Source: Lama guanicoe (lineage: Eukaryota). Taken from it: DNA of 64,000 nucleotides. The position numbers and the translations under genes were made by a program. The stretch spans positions 2,994,399 to 3,058,398 of the forward strand of contig MU053934.1 in the NCBI GenBank assembly GCA_013239625.1. The letters are read 5' to 3'. The notes below the pieces were generated by a model, which was not told the DNA's origin, did not search any database, and saw only the letters and a program-made list of their open reading frames with translations. Shown here piece by piece: positions 38,281 to 50,816 of this stretch (position 1 is the first letter of the stretch; each line of letters starts with the position of its first letter).

Positions 38281-41200
38281 TGTGTATATCTAAAACTAGC
38301 TGAACACAGCTGAGCACCTCTTGCTAAAGCCCCGTACAAGTTTCCACCTTCCCTCCCCAAGTTAGGAGATACTTTCAGCCCTTCCCCAGGCTGGGCATTT
38401 CCAATAAAGGCTCTGATTGACTGTCCTCCACAGCAGGAGGGTGTGACTGTCAGTTGACTTGTCTGTGTCCTCCGTGGTCACTCCCTCCCCCACAGGGTGG
38501 GGACTCTGCAGACCGGGCAGTGGCCAACCTCCTCTCTGTGGCCAGGGCTTGGCGTGAGGCCGGGTGCACAGGAATGGAAGATGATGCATCTCCTGCCAGC
38601 TCCTCCCTCCCCTCTGCATCCTGATTTCCTGGAACTGTAGACTGGGTACCTTTTTCCCCCACATGCAACTCTCCCCCGACTCAGCACTTCCGGCCTTGCT
38701 TTCTCACAGCCCTGTCCGCCACCCTCCCTCCCGGGCGCTGCGATGGGACATCAAGTGTGTCATACCTGCGGTGGTGGAAAATGTCTCAGCCAGCCAAGGG
38801 GATGTCCCGGGGCTGTCACTGGTGCTGAGCTCAAGTTTAATCAACAACCCAACCCCCCTCCTCCCCTCCAATGACAGTGGCCATGAGACAGCAGGATGCA
38901 GGGGTGGAACCCAGGCTCCTAGACCTCCCCCCACCCAAACTTACTATGTGGCCTGGGACAGGGCGCCATCCTCTCAGGCTGCCTGTCTTCATCTGTGACG
39001 CAGAGCCCAGGATCTTGGTCATTCCCATCTTGCTGGGTCACTGAGAGCCTGTATGACGTCTTTGATACGCAAACACTTTAAATCAGTAAAGTGAGTGCTG
39101 AAGACTGCCTGGGTTCGAATCCTTGCTCCACTGTGTTCCAGCTGTGTGGCCTTGGGCAAGCCATTAACCCCGCGGAACCTTGGTCTTCTCATCTGTAAAA
39201 TGGGGTAAGAATACTCCCTCCCTTGTGGCATTGCTGTAAGGATCAGGTGAGTTAATAACACCATGCTCTTGGAACAGAGCCTGATGGATGCTAAGTGCTC
39301 AATCAATGCCTCCCTTGAAGAGACCCTGAAGGACCGAGAACGTTCCACTGTGGCCCTCACAGGTCCTTGTCCCCACAGCTATCCCTCACCCACTACCTGG
39401 CGATAAAATCCAAATTGCCAAACAGTGGCTGCTAATCTTTTAGAACAGTTTCTTTCTCTCTTCCAAGAACCATCCCGGAACAGCTATTGCCAATACTACC
39501 TCCAATAAGAGGAACCCTGGCTGGATCCCTCAACACGGCCCTGCACAACATTCTGCCTTCCTTCCCCTAGTTAGAAGGCGCCTTCAGAGTCTTCTCATGT
39601 CGTATATTTCCAAATAAAGCTTTCTGCAAATGGGGCTCTGGCCGAGTTTCTTCCATAGCTGTTGTTAGCACCCTATAGCCCTAGAATCTTGCACAGGATC
39701 TGGCCCATAGCACGACAGATGATTCTAAAAGAGGGAGCTCAGGAAGGGGACCGTAGGAGGAAGCAATTGACCTTACTTGGGATGAATCAGAGGGCCTCCC
39801 AGAAGCAGGGATGCTTGAAGGTCTTGAAGGATGTGTAGGAGTCCGGGAGTGGATTGTTTGGGCAGCAGGACTGCTTCAGACCCAGGGACCAACAGGTGCC
39901 CAAGCAAATGAGTCAGTTTGCGTCCCTGCTTTCATCCCCACCCCTCAGCCCAGCCTCTCACACTTGACATGAAGTATATGTAGTCCCAGCCACAAGCCAC
40001 ATTCCATATGACACCTGAAACCACAGACTATCAGGGCTGGGAGAGCACTTAGAAATCCAATCTGACTACCCCACTCACAGATGGGGTGACTGAGGGATGA
40101 GCACCGACGGGACCTGCCTGAGGTCCCCGCGTCATTGACTGTTACATCCAGCCATTGCCTTGAAAACAACAGGGAGTCACTGGGGGTTTAAGCAAGGACA
40201 TGGTGTGGCCAGATGTGACCCTGAGCAAGACCGCCCTGGCAGCGCTTAGAGGTGAAAGGATTAGAGGGGCAGGCGGCAAGGGACAGACAGACTAAGGAGG
40301 AAGCTAAGCAGGGACCTGAGTGAAAGATGCTGCTTCCATATCACGAGGGTGGGATGGTTTCAGCCACAATCACAATCATGGAATGTGGGCTGCTTTTTTT
40401 TTTTTTCAGTTGCCAGAAAACTTAGAATGGAATTCTGCTTGATTTTTCTCCCCCATTAATATAATTATCCCCTATGCTGCCTTGTATATGCAAAAGGGCC
40501 AAAAGCTCTGGCATCAAATGCACCTGAGTTTGAATCCTAGCTCCACCAAGAATCAGCTACATTTCTTAACCTTCCTGACCCTCAGTTTCCTAATCTGTAA
40601 AATGGGGAATATAACTCCTGCCTCACAAGGTCCTTTTCAGATGATGAAACATGATGCTTGAAGAGTATCAGGTATTGTGTCTGGAACATAAACATTAGCC
40701 TCCTTACTACTTCTTAATCTGCTTCTTAATCACTTTTCAAGTTACCCAGGATGTCAGTAATTCAGAGGACAGCCGGAAGTTATTCATCCTGGTCATGAAC
40801 TGTTTCTACCATAATTTGCTTGGTAACTATGGATGCTGCAAGTTGCTTGGAGTCGAACTGGGAGGTGGGGGGAGAGCAGAGATACTGGGGGACTAGGGAG
40901 GTGAAGGACCAAATACAGCTGGAGAAACTGGAGACCTGAGAGACAAGAAGGCCCTCTCACCTCTCCTCTCTTTTCTTTTATCCCCCCATCTGCCCTGGCT
41001 GCCTCCTGCTTCCCGCTCCGCATCTGACTGTTTTCCCAGGCCCTAGGCTGCCTGGTCCCCAGCTGCTGCCCCTCCTACCTCCTGCAGTCTGACCCAGGCA
41101 AGCCTGTCTCTCCTTCACTCCTTCCACCCCTGCCAGCTGCTGCCTCTTTGCCCCATCTCCCAGGCACATACTCTAATCCACACTGGATGTGTCACACTGT

Positions 41201-41941
41201 GGCTTCTGGCCCACCAGCCCATCTCCACTTGGCATAAAGTGGCCCCTTATTCTGCTCACTGCCAGCTCAGGTCTCCCCTCAGACATGGTAGGGACAGTGG
41301 GGTTCCCTGGGTGTGCCTGCTCATGAGCCCCTCTCAGCTTTCCAGTCTCCACCATCTCAGCCTCAGTTTTCCCTGCCTAGAAAATCGGAGTTAGGAACAA
41401 CAGCTTCTGTTGGGAAGGAACCTAAGGGATTATCTGGTTTCGCGATGTCACCAGGTACCAGCTCTGATCAGTTGGGACTTGCCTACAGCATCTAAGGCTG
41501 CATCCAAGCTCCAGAGAAAGGAGGGCTGTGGTCAGTTAGCAAAGTCTGCCAGGCACCAGTGCAATTGATTAATGTCTGCCATGAGTGCAGCTTTAGAAAA
41601 GCCAGATATTGCTACTTATGATCTGGTCCAACTTTTCAGAGTCAAGGATACCGAAAAAATTAAATCATGCATATTTTAAATTTATATAGAATTATTATTC
41701 ACAAATTTAAAATTATATGTACAAGCATACATATGTTTCATTATATATAGCTGGTTATACATATATTTGATTTTATGTATATACAAAATCAAGTGCAATT
41801 ATTTTCTCATGAGAACATATCAGATGGTGTCTGGACACAGAATTAGATATATGTAACTCCTTATAGTGAAAAAGATATTCCCTTTATAATCCTTATGCAT
41901 TTTCTCAAGGAAGTAGTCTCTGTTTGGTACTGACATGTCTT

Positions 41942-42696
41942 TTTTTTTTTTAACATTTTTATTGATTTATAATCATTTTACAATGTTGTATCAAATTCCA
42001 GTGTAGAGCACAATTTTTCAGTTATACATGAACATACATATATTCATTGTCACATTTTTTTCTCCGTGAGCTACCATAAGATCTTGTATATATTTCCCTG
42101 TGCTATACAATATAATCTTGTTTATCTAGTCTACAGTTTTGAAATCCCATCTATCCCTTCCCACTCTCCTCCCGCTTGGCCACCACAAGTTTGTATTCTA
42201 TGTCTATGAGTCTGTTCCTGTTTTGTATTTATGCTCTGTTTGTGTTGTTTGTTTTTTTTAGATTCCACATATGAGCGATCTCATATGGTTTTTTTCTTTC
42301 TCTTTCTGGCTTACTTCACTTAGAATGACATTCTCCAGGAGCATCCATGTTGCTGCAAATGGTGTTATGTTGTTAGTTTTTATGGCTGAGTAGTATTCCA
42401 TTGTATAAATATACCACATCTTCTTTATCCAGTCACCTGTTGATGGACATTTAGGCTGTCTCCATGTCTTGGCTATTGTAAATAGTGCTGCTATGAACAT
42501 TGGGGTGCAGGTGTCATCCTGAAGTAGGATTTCTTCTGGATATATGCCCAAGAGCGGGATTCCTGGGTCATATGTTAAGTCTATTCCTAGCCTTTTGAGG
42601 AATTTCCATACAGTTTTCCACAGTGGCTGCACCAAACTGCATTCCCACCAGCAGTGTAGGAGGGTTCCCCTTTCTCCACAGCCTCTCCAGCATTTG
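41942..42696 (-). mobile_element. Young 5'-truncated LINE-1 (ORF2 C-terminus + 3'UTR + polyA)
   Basis: Open frame [19 protein letters not shown]...[14 protein letters not shown]...SLICGI*; AATAAA and polyA tail; 17-bp TSD tggtactgacat(g/a)tctt (41925-41941, 42697-42713). Confidence 0.95.
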
Positions 42697-42779
42697 TGGT
42701 ACTGACATATCTTAAACAGCTTCCCAACACTTGCTAATCTCCCCTTTAAACTAAGAGACAGCAGATTTCCAGTAGGCAA

Positions 42780-44963
42780 TGAACTGAAACATTTTGCTTT
42801 ATTGTATTGCTTTTTATGGTTATCTTTTATTTATAGTGAATATAGAAAGAATACAAAGTTTTTTTAAATAAAAGTATGTAAACAAAAAAATTAATTGACT
42901 TAAAGAAAAAGATTGAGTAAATAACAAAAATGGTATACACACAGATCATTAAAAACATGTGTGAGTGAGCTTGGGTCTGATGATCTCAGGACTGAGAAGA
43001 TTTGTGTCCCAGAACATACAGCATCATATGGCAGGAAGTAGGAAGACCAGAAAATAAAGCTATTCTGTGGTAAGGATCCATGACTCAGACAACCTCAGGA
43101 AAGTGGTGTTCATTTTGGACATAAAAGAAACAGGAATCCTGAGTGAAAGGCAGTAGCCCCCTGGAGAGCAGGACTCTCTTTACTGGGAGCCCAGCACCCC
43201 TACTAAAGTGGCTCAACTCCTCTCTAGCCTTTGCTGGTCACCTCCATGTGCACCTACTCCCAGGGTCCGCCCTCTCTCCTTTCCTTCAAATACCCAAGAC
43301 TGAGAGAAACCTGATTGGCCAGCTCAAGTCCAGCCTCCCTGGTTGGACAGAGCTTCTGTTCTAAGCCATCTCATAGGCTGCTGATGAACCTATGGGTGGG
43401 CTTATGTCAGGTGTCAAATCAACTGCGAGCAGGGCCTATAAATATAGGCAATAAGCTTTCCCACATTAGAGTTAGCTGGGACCCGGTGGAGGTCCCTGCA
43501 TTCCAGAGACGTCTAGTCAAGGAAAGGAGGAAGGTTGTGACAGGCATCATAGGTGTGATCAGTCCCAGAAACAGAGGGAAGAGAAGAGGATGGGGTGGTG
43601 GGGAGCACTGCGAAGGAAGAGGCTAGCTGTGGGGTGACAGGCGAGGACTGCCATGTGAGGGGATGAGCCTCTTGTTGGAACTGGCATGCTGGAACCTAGT
43701 GGGCGTGGATCTCGCCTCTCCAGTCTTGACTTCACAGAAGTCAAGGTGCCAGAGGTGCTCCTGTGAGGTGGATGATGCCCCCTGCGTGAAGGCAGCTGGA
43801 TGCAGGGAGCCCAGGCAAGGTGATGCCAGGTAATTCATTAATTTACTCATGGAATATGATGGGATGCCAGGTGCACTGTGTCAAGTACAGTGAATGGAGC
43901 TGCCATCTGGAGGTGGTGCGCCAGTCCCAGAGCTGCAGAAGAGACCCTTCCAGTGGAGGGTGGAACAGGAGGGGCCCAAGGGTGGGTTCCCTGTGACAGC
44001 ATCAGGACCCACCACTAGGAGGGATTTACAGCAGATCTTATGAATTTTTGAAGTCATTGTGCAAAGATCTGGCCAGTGTCCACTTTGCTGGGACATTTGT
44101 ATCCATACTTGGGCCACAGTCTTAAGGATGCTATAGCCAAGCATTCTGAAGTCATGAGAAACCCCAAAGGGGAAGTGACAGGGCCACTTTGTCCAGCCAA
44201 CCTGTAACCCTGAGAGTCTGTCCCTCCAGCACTGAATCTCAAAGTTTGGGCATATTAATGGAGGCAGTGTTTCCCTCCAAGGGAAGCAGAACTGATACGA
44301 AGGATAAGGGGAGTTTGTCACCTGGATGAGGGAGGAGCATGTGCCAAGGTGTGGGGGAATGAGGGAGCTCCTAGTGGCTCAGTAGGACCATTGGGAAGGT
44401 TCTAGAAGGGAACGTCCCAACATGATGCAGGAGGGGCAAGGGGCAGACCAAGAAGTGGTGATGAGGACAGTGGGGAAATCCTAGCAGGTTTTAAACCAGG
44501 AGCAGCATAGCCCTGTTTTGTGTTTTGGAAGGAGGACTGAGGTTGTCCTGTGGAGTGTGGGTGGGAGGGGGGATGACTGGGACAGGAAGCCCAGAGGAGG
44601 CCGGTGGGGGAAGACCTCTGGAACCACGAGAACTCACCCTGAAAAGTAGCTGTGGGCTGGAGAGGAAGGATGCTTCAGAGGCAAAACCCATTAGACTCCA
44701 TGATAGACAAGGGAGTGGGAGAGTCAAGGCGCCCTGCCCCCCACAGTTCCTCGCTTGGGCAGTAGAACCAGGGAGCAGCAACTGAGATTTGAAAGTGAAC
44801 ATCTGAGTGTGCAGGGCTGGGCGAGGGCCCTCGGGCAGAGATGTCCAGGGGGTAGCTGGACACCGAGGGTCTCAGCAGTGGATAAGCCTTAAGGACAGAA
44901 AGTCCTCAGCTGGGCCTGGTGCCACAATGGACAGCCACCTGCCTCCCACCCCTGGCCATCTGT
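42780..44963 (-). other. IL2RB: IL2RB 3'UTR (about 2.2 kb; end approximate)
   Basis: From stop codon to a minus-strand AATAAA pair in AT-rich sequence; length similar to recalled human UTR. Confidence 0.6.
42798..42831 (-). terminator. Candidate IL2RB polyadenylation signals (two AATAAA)
   Basis: tttatt at 42798-42803 and 42826-42831 on +, i.e. AATAAA on -. Confidence 0.6.
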
Positions 44964-45719
44964 CTACACCGAGCGAGCCGGGTCCTGATCCTGGAGCTCT
45001 TGGAGGGACAGGTAGGCATCAGTGTTCAGGGTCAGGCAGGAGGTGGGGGGTCTGACTTGGCCTTGCCCAGGAGGGCTGGCCCAGGGGAAGCCGGCCCTCT
45101 CCCTCGGGCCAGGAGGGGGCTCCTCCTCTCCTGCCTCTCCCAGAGTATGCTCCAGGGGTGACTGCAGATCCACCAGGTCAGGGGATCCTGGGGTGCGAGG
45201 CCTCAGCGGTTGGGGGCCCCAGTCTCCAGGGACTCCCTCCTGCGGGGAGGATGGCAGCCTCTCTTCACCAGCCCCAGAGCCCCCCAGGGCAGTGTTCGGG
45301 GGGCCTGGGCCACCGAGGAGAGTGGGGGAGAAGAGCAGCAGGTCGTCCCCAGGGGGTAAGGTGCAGTAGGCATCGTCCTCCCCAGGCAGAGGCAGCAGGG
45401 GTGGGAGGAGAGACCCCTCAGGTGCCCGGCGCCCCCCCTCATCGGCCTCCTCCGTGCAGGGGTCATAGGTGAAGTACACCTGGCAGGCTTCGATCTCCAG
45501 AGTGTCTGGGAGGTGGAAGAAGAAGTAGCCCTGGTTGGTGAAGCAGCTGGTCACCGAGTGGCCACTGGTCTCGGGCGAGGACGGCGAGCCCTTGTCCTGC
45601 TGCAGCAGGAGCAGCTGCATGGCCTTGGTGTCCCTGTCCAGCACCTCCAGCGGGGAGATCTCAGGCGCCGGGCCGCTGGGGCTGAACGAGGAGGAGGGGA
45701 AGGGCGAAGAGAGCCACTT
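44964..45719 (-). CDS. IL2RB: IL2RB exon 10 coding part (cytoplasmic tail: Box2, S/A/H regions, stop TAG)
   Basis: gcag|AAG TGG; KWLSSPFPSSSFSP...SCFTNQGYFFFH...DAYCTL...NTDAYLSLQELQDQDPARSV*. Confidence 0.98.
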   Translation of the reverse strand, partial: KWLSSPFPSSSFSPSGPAPEISPLEVLDRDTKAMQLLLLQQDKGSPSSPETSGHSVTSCFTNQGYFFFHLPDTLEIEACQVYFTYDPCTEEADEGGRRAPEGSLLPPLLPLPGEDDAYCTLPPGDDLLLFSPTLLGGPGPPNTALGGSGAGEERLPSSPQEGVPGDWGPQPLRPRTPGSPDLVDLQSPLEHTLGEAGEEEPPPGPRERAGFPWASPPGQGQVRPPTSCLTLNTDAYLSLQELQDQDPARSV

Positions 45720-48439
45720 CTGCCAGGGGAGAGAGCAGCGGGAGAGTGAGTGGGCCACCTCCTCCAGACTCAGCAAAGCTCCTAACTCCTCCTCCTTCAG
45801 CAGGCTGCTCAGGACTGCCCCCTCTGGGAAGCCCTCCCTGATTGTACCTCCCATCTCCCAGACACACACATGCACCCTCTGCCCACTGGTATGGGGAGCC
45901 CTCTGCGTCAGCGCAGCGGGTGTGCTTGCTTTGCAGCCCCAGCACAGGCCCTCCTGGTTCTCTGTAGGTGCTCAGGATATATGTTGGTTCCGTGTGTGAC
46001 TGTTCATTGAGCGGTTACCGTGAGCCTAGTGCTACTCGAGGTCCCGGGGACACAGCAATGTGAAGATCCTTAGTGTCTGGTGGGGACTAGTGCAAGTGTG
46101 TGAATCAACCAGCCACTGCCAGAGCAGAAGGGGCCCCGAGAACACATCACAGACGCATTAGAGTTGCCCAGAGAGGACCTGTGCCCTGGCCCTGATCACA
46201 CAACCAACAGGCTCCCCACTACCCATAGAACCACCTCTGGAGGGGAGCTAATGGTCCCCCTAATTGATCTCTCCCTCCCAGTGCCCTGCAGCCCCCCACT
46301 TCCCACAGTCTCCATCCACAGAGAAGAAAGCTCCCATCAGAGCACTTCTGAGTTGCTCCAGAGTCCAGAGGGCCCTGGTATGGAATGCGGAGACCCAGGT
46401 TCCAGCCTTGGCCCTGGTACTAGCTGTGTGACCCTGGGCCAGCCACTGCACCTCTCTGAGCCTCAATTCCACAATGGGTAGCTGCCTCTTTTCCTGACTT
46501 CCTCACTGTGGGCCAGCAGAGAAATGTTAAATAGGAAAATGAAGGTGGAAGCACCCGACGCAGGTAAGATGCAGACTACCCTCAAGGCAGTGTGATGGGG
46601 CCTCAGGTGGGTGTGTTTGAGAATCCCAACATCCCTCAGTCCTGGGAGCCCTCAGCATCTGGACTGTGGTCTCCAGAGCACAGGGACCAGGCCTGATGGG
46701 CTCCTCCTGCACTCTTGTGAGCAGCACAGGGTCTTGGGCCCAGGCAATATATTGCAGAGGAATTAATGGACCAGAAGAGAAACTTCCTGGTCCTCCCTCC
46801 CCCAAGTGAGTTCCCGAGGCTGAGCCACGCAACACAGTCTACCCCCTTCCCCAAACCAGGAGTTCGTGTTACAGGAGAAAAGGCCAAGAGAGGGACAGCG
46901 AGGGCAAACTAAGGATTGGAAAGGAGGACAGCAGGCTAGGAAGAGAGGGAAAGAGCCAGGCTGGTTGGGGATCCAGCACTGGAAAGGGCAGTGGAGAGCC
47001 CGGCCAGGCAGCAGTGCTGAGCAGCGGGCCTGCGGCCAGCACTGGTGCCCCGGGGGGCTCTGGCATAGAGAGAGAGGAACGGCCTCTCACCAAGATGCAG
47101 AGGACAGTGTGGGGTCCCTGTTGGTGCCAGCTCCCACCCCTAGTCACATCATGGATCCCCAGGGCCTCCTCCGGCTACCCCATCCACACAGCAGGCCCCG
47201 CCCAGGCATCTAGACTGGGGATGGTCTCATGGGAAGATGGAGTGGTTTGCAGCTCTCTACCAAGGACCCAAGTCCCACCCCAAAATGTCTGAAGCCCATA
47301 GATTCAGAAAGACTTCAAAACTGGAGGAGGTCTGAGGCTGCATCGAGTCCCAGCCTCCAACCAGTTCTAATGTAGGGATCCGTTCCGCCATATTTCTGAC
47401 ACGTAGTCAGCCAAGGCTGACATGAGTTCCTCTGTTGATGGGGAGCTCCCTGCTTTTAGGGCTAAAGGAGGAATTTTAAGGAGATATAGTCCCCCACATG
47501 AAGAGTACTGTAGGGAAGATATCCCCAGTCTTGGGAGTTTTCCAAAGAATTCCAGAAGGGGCTCTGATCTGCCCCAGTAGAGAACTCCCAAGCCAGCCCC
47601 TGACTGCTCTGGCCCAGCATGGCTTTCCAGCTCCCCAGTGTTCCTCCTGACCTCCCTCCACCAAACCCAATCTAGGGAGCCTAGCAGGGGGGTGGGGTGG
47701 TAGCAGCAGCCCACCACATCCCCCTTCCCCCCTGAAGCTTCCTTCCTGAAGCCTGTGTGGGCTGAGGGAGGGGAGATGACTGAACTTTAGATGGCGTTCA
47801 CAGCTTTTTGACATACCGTCATGTGCTTCTCAAATGAATCTGTGTTTTGGAACTAGAAGCGACTAAAAACTTGCTAGCACCCGTGATAAGTTGCAGACCC
47901 TGGCCAGGAAGTTTTTGCAAGGGCAGGGAAAGCCCTAGCCCCACAGAGCTAGCTGGTCTGCACAGGGAGAGGGGTGAGGAGAACTTAGACCTGGCAAATC
48001 CTGCTCCATCCGCAGACTGGTGACAATAACGCTAGCCAGACCTTCATGAACACTTACTGGGTGCCAAGCAATATCTCAGGACCATACGCATAGTAACACT
48101 ATTTCCCCCCCCACCCTCCATTTTACAGGGGAGGAAACTGAGACACAGAGAGGTTCTATAACTAGCCCAAGGCCACACAGCTGGGAAGTGGTGCAGCCAG
48201 GATTAAAACCCAGGCAGTCGAGTTCAGAGGGGAGCTGCCATTCAGCCTGAAAAGATGGTGCCAGAGCTGGGGAAGAGGACCCGTGCCTACCCAGGAGGCA
48301 GCCCATTTCACATTTCTTCTCCCACAAAGTGTAAAACCTGCTATTCCTGTACCACCTCCCCATCTAGAACGCATCACTGCCCACCCTCTGGCCAGCCCGT
48401 GTCAGCTGTCTGCCCTGTCCTCCCCCTCCAGACTCCTAC

Positions 48440-48524
48440 CTGGAAATCTCCTCCATGCTCTGAGCTCAGCTGGGAAAAGAACTCCGAAGGGTCTGGGATG
48501 TGACACTTCAGAACCTTCTTCAGC
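48440..48524 (-). CDS. IL2RB: IL2RB exon 9 (Box1)
   Basis: ccag|G...CAG|gtagga; 85 nt; LKKVLKCHIPDPSEFFSQLSSEHGGDFQ. Confidence 0.97.
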
Positions 48525-49965
48525 CTGGGCAGGGGAGAGGAAGGGAGAGAAGGAGGGTGAGAACAGAAGGGGACCTCAGTGTCCTGCCATCGGCCGGCAG
48601 CTCTGAGGGTGGGGCATGGAGCTGCTCCACATTCATTCATTTATTTTGTCGATATTGATTGCATGCCCCATAAGGGAGGGTGCTGTGTTGAGTGCTGGGG
48701 ATGCAAGAATGAGTGACAGAGAAGGTCCCTGATCTTAAGGAGCTGACCATTCTAATGGGGAGCCAGACAATGAACCGAGTGTGCAACATTACCATTCATT
48801 CTGTGGAGACAGAGAGCAGGATGCTACACAACAGAAGGATGTGGGAGTGGGGGACCACACAAGCCAGAGCGGTAGGAAACAAAGATGGCTGGAGTAGAGT
48901 GAATGAGGAGGGACGTAGGAGAGACGCCAGATTGTGGGCCTCCTGGTCAGGATTGCCATGGACAGTGGTTCAAGTTGTGCACTGCCCAAGCGCACTTTTT
49001 GGGGGCTTTGTTTTGTTTTGTTTTGTTTTGGGGAGGGGTGAGGGGAGGTGGTGGTAAATGGAGGCTGAATTACAGCTCATGCTCTGCTTGCCAGGCTGAG
49101 TGCCCCAGTATCTCAATGCACCTGCCTCAAGATGTATGCCACAGCCTCAAGGCCCCCAGAAAACCTGGCTACTGCCCAGATGTCTAGGCTCAGGTCCTGC
49201 ACTCTTTTCAGGTCTCTGGCCACACCCGCCTCCCTGCAATTTCAGTTCCTGGAATGCTCCTCCCTTGTTCCCACGTAGGTCTTTGCACAAGCTATTTCCT
49301 CTGCCGGGGATACGCTCCCCATCCCTTCCGGGCCTGGTTCGCTCCTCCTCCAGGTTTCACTGGAATCATCACTTCTTGGGGAAGCTTCTTTCAGCCACCC
49401 CTTAGCTGAGGCTCCTCTCCCTGCTGTCTGCTTCCAATACATCTGCTCCCTTCCTTCCTTCACCATCCTAATCACATGTGTCTTTATAAATGTGAATGAT
49501 TAATAAGTATCTGCCTTCCCCCATGGGACTGTGTCCATCAAGATGGGACCACATGCCTGCGGTGGCCCTTGTGTTCTCAGCGCTCAGCTCCGTACCTGGC
49601 CCTCAGCAAATGAAAGAATAAACAAATGAATGCCCAGACCCATGAAGACCACCCCCTCACACACACACACAGGCACCTGGTTTGCGCGCGCACACGCACA
49701 CACACACACGTGTGCACACACACATACTCAGATGCTCTGGGCAGGGCCCCCTTGGGGCTCTCCCTCACCCTGCTCCCCTCGGGCTGGTTCCATGGGTTTC
49801 CATCTTTGGGGGAAAGGCCAGGTATTAGGCAGAGAGGACTCATGGGAGGGCAGAGGGAGCACTGGCGTGTCAGAGCAGGGGGCTCAGTCCAGAACCTGAC
49901 CTGGCGAGGGGGATGCATGTCAGACAGGAGCGTGAAGGCTGGGGGTGTGGGGGCAGCACTCTTAC

Positions 49966-50086
49966 CATGGCCCGATATACTGGCAGTTGGCCAGAAAGTA
50001 AACCAGGAAGACAAAACCAAAGGCACTGCCCAGGCCTAAGATGACGTGGCTCAGCCAAGGAAGGGGCGGGGTCTTCTTCCCAGGTG
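49966..50086 (-). CDS. IL2RB: IL2RB exon 8 (transmembrane)
   Basis: gcag|CA...CCATG|gtaaga; 121 nt; PGKKTPPLPWLSHVILGLGSAFGFVFLVYFLANCQYIGP. Confidence 0.95.
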
Positions 50087-50650
50087 CTGCCAGAGGTGGG
50101 AGGAGAAGAGCAACAGGGGTTAGAGACGTGCCCCTATTCACTCCGGGTCCCTCCAGCAACCCCCCACCCACGACCAGGTGCTGAGGGACAGGCTGACCTC
50201 TGACCCCAGGCTTTCACAGGGTCCCTGATTGTCCGGCAAACCTGCTATGTCCCCAACCGACACAGGGCATCACAAGCCTTCATCACAGCAGCCCTGCCTC
50301 GGTAGCAGGGAACCCACTTTACAGATGAGGAAACTGAGGCTGGCCGGCAAAAGCAGCCCACCCCTAACCCTGGCAGAAAGCAAGAGTTTGAGGTCTCAGG
50401 GTGGAGAGAGTGAAAAGAGCCTCTCTGGCCTCCCCATGAACTCACAAGGCCAATGGCAAGTGCCACCCCCTCACTGAGCCCATTTCCATCTGTAAAATAT
50501 GTCCCTGTGGCCCACCCTGCAGAGTCACATTGAGGGAGATAATGATGGCAGATGGGCATCTTACCCACATCCCAAGCCTCCCCCACCAGCGGCCCCCCAG
50601 CCACTGTCTCCTGCCAGAGCTCCGTCCCCACCCCCGCTCCCCACCAGTAC

Positions 50651-50816
50651 CTGCCGGCCTCGTCCTGAAGGCCAGGGCTTGGCTCCAGGGGCTCCAAGAA
50701 TTGTAGTCGCCTTGGTTGGACCTGACCCGCACCTGAAGCTCATACGGAGTGTCTGGAGTGAGTGTATCCAGGAAGATCCATTGCTGGTTCTGCCTGAGGG
50801 TCAGCAGCTGGGCCTT
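50651..50816 (-). CDS. IL2RB: IL2RB exon 7 (FnIII D2, WSXWS motif)
   Basis: KAQLLTLRQNQQWIFLDTLTPDTPYELQVRVRSNQGDYNSWSPWSQALAFRTRPA; donor G|gtactg; acceptor ambiguous (exon start 50816 after GAG, or 50813 after AAG). Confidence 0.93.
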
